A stretch of DNA of 61,943 bases, filler included. It is 5 parts of 5 records of this genome, joined end to end, with 100 filler letters (N's around TTAATTAATTAA, not from the genome) between each part and the next. Parts side by side here need not be neighbours in the genome. Positions count along the whole stretch, not along the records: positions 55,817 to 61,943 come from SRR31147125_24126; 4 more parts are not named here. One strand, written 5' to 3'. Below are positions 61,816 to 61,943 of the stretch, one piece after another. The notes beneath the pieces were generated by a model that did no database searches, was not told the origin of the DNA, and saw nothing but the letters and a program-made list of their open reading frames with translations. Made by a program: the position numbers and the translations under genes. The first letter of the stretch is position 1, and each line of letters starts with the position of its first letter.

Positions 61816-61943
61816 AGATTGCTTCACCTCTCTTCGTTCGGTTCGCAATGACGATGATGGTGCTTTTTTAGGAGGCAGCCGCGCACCGCTACCTCCCTTT
61901 ATTAAATTTTAACCGTCATTGCGAGGAGGTACGACGAAGCAAT
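61816..61943. repeat. REP/RPE-like inverted repeat pair
   Basis: AGATTGCTTC...TCGCAATGACG (61816-61853) and inverted CGTCATTGCGAG...GAAGCAAT (61914-end), with a hairpin between. Confidence 0.75.

Noticed and set aside
1..61943. CRISPR array, tRNA/rRNA, transposase, defence-system genes
   Set aside because: No regularly spaced repeat-spacer array, cloverleaf or recognisable nuclease/transposase motif found by eye. The REP clusters have only 2-3 irregular units.

Overview
This window is not one locus. It is five unrelated contigs joined by artificial 100-nt linkers (N-run + TTAATTAATTAA + N-run). (1) 1-5243: Bacteroidota polysaccharide-utilisation locus (SusC, SusD, GH110). (2) 5344-29189: higher-GC spore-forming Clostridia, Oscillospiraceae/Sporobacter-like by gene content. 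It carries a decayed CHAP endolysin fragment, YbjQ, YkvI, two chemoreceptors, TauE, PrsW, a UroD-like protein, a collagen-like protein, Fe-ADH, YtvI, Isf, an atypical flavin ene-reductase, an ECF sigma/DUF4367 trio, an aminotransferase, a SASP and tyrS. (3) 29290-40257: AT-rich Clostridia (M14 peptidase, Wzy/WaaL-like, DivIVA-like, Cys-rich coat-like protein, MATE, pyrG, ferritin, murA). (4) 40358-55716: delta-proteobacterial/Myxococcota-like. It has a secreted OB-fold-like protein paired with a surface-sorted metzincin, then ispG-proS-pyrF and an MSHA-like type IV pilus locus with non-canonical pilins. (5) 55817-61943: Bacteroidota PUL (SusD end, GH43-like, GH141-PDZ, GH39) with REP-like repeats, one embedded in frame in a CDS. 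Eight genes are frameshifted, seven clearly by one missing base in a homopolymer, most likely sequencing error. No CRISPR array, rRNA, tRNA or intact transposase was seen. The best novelty candidates are the MSHA-like pilus with R/K-led pilins and the metzincin plus putative TIMP-like partner. Taxonomic and family calls come from motif recognition only, with no database search.
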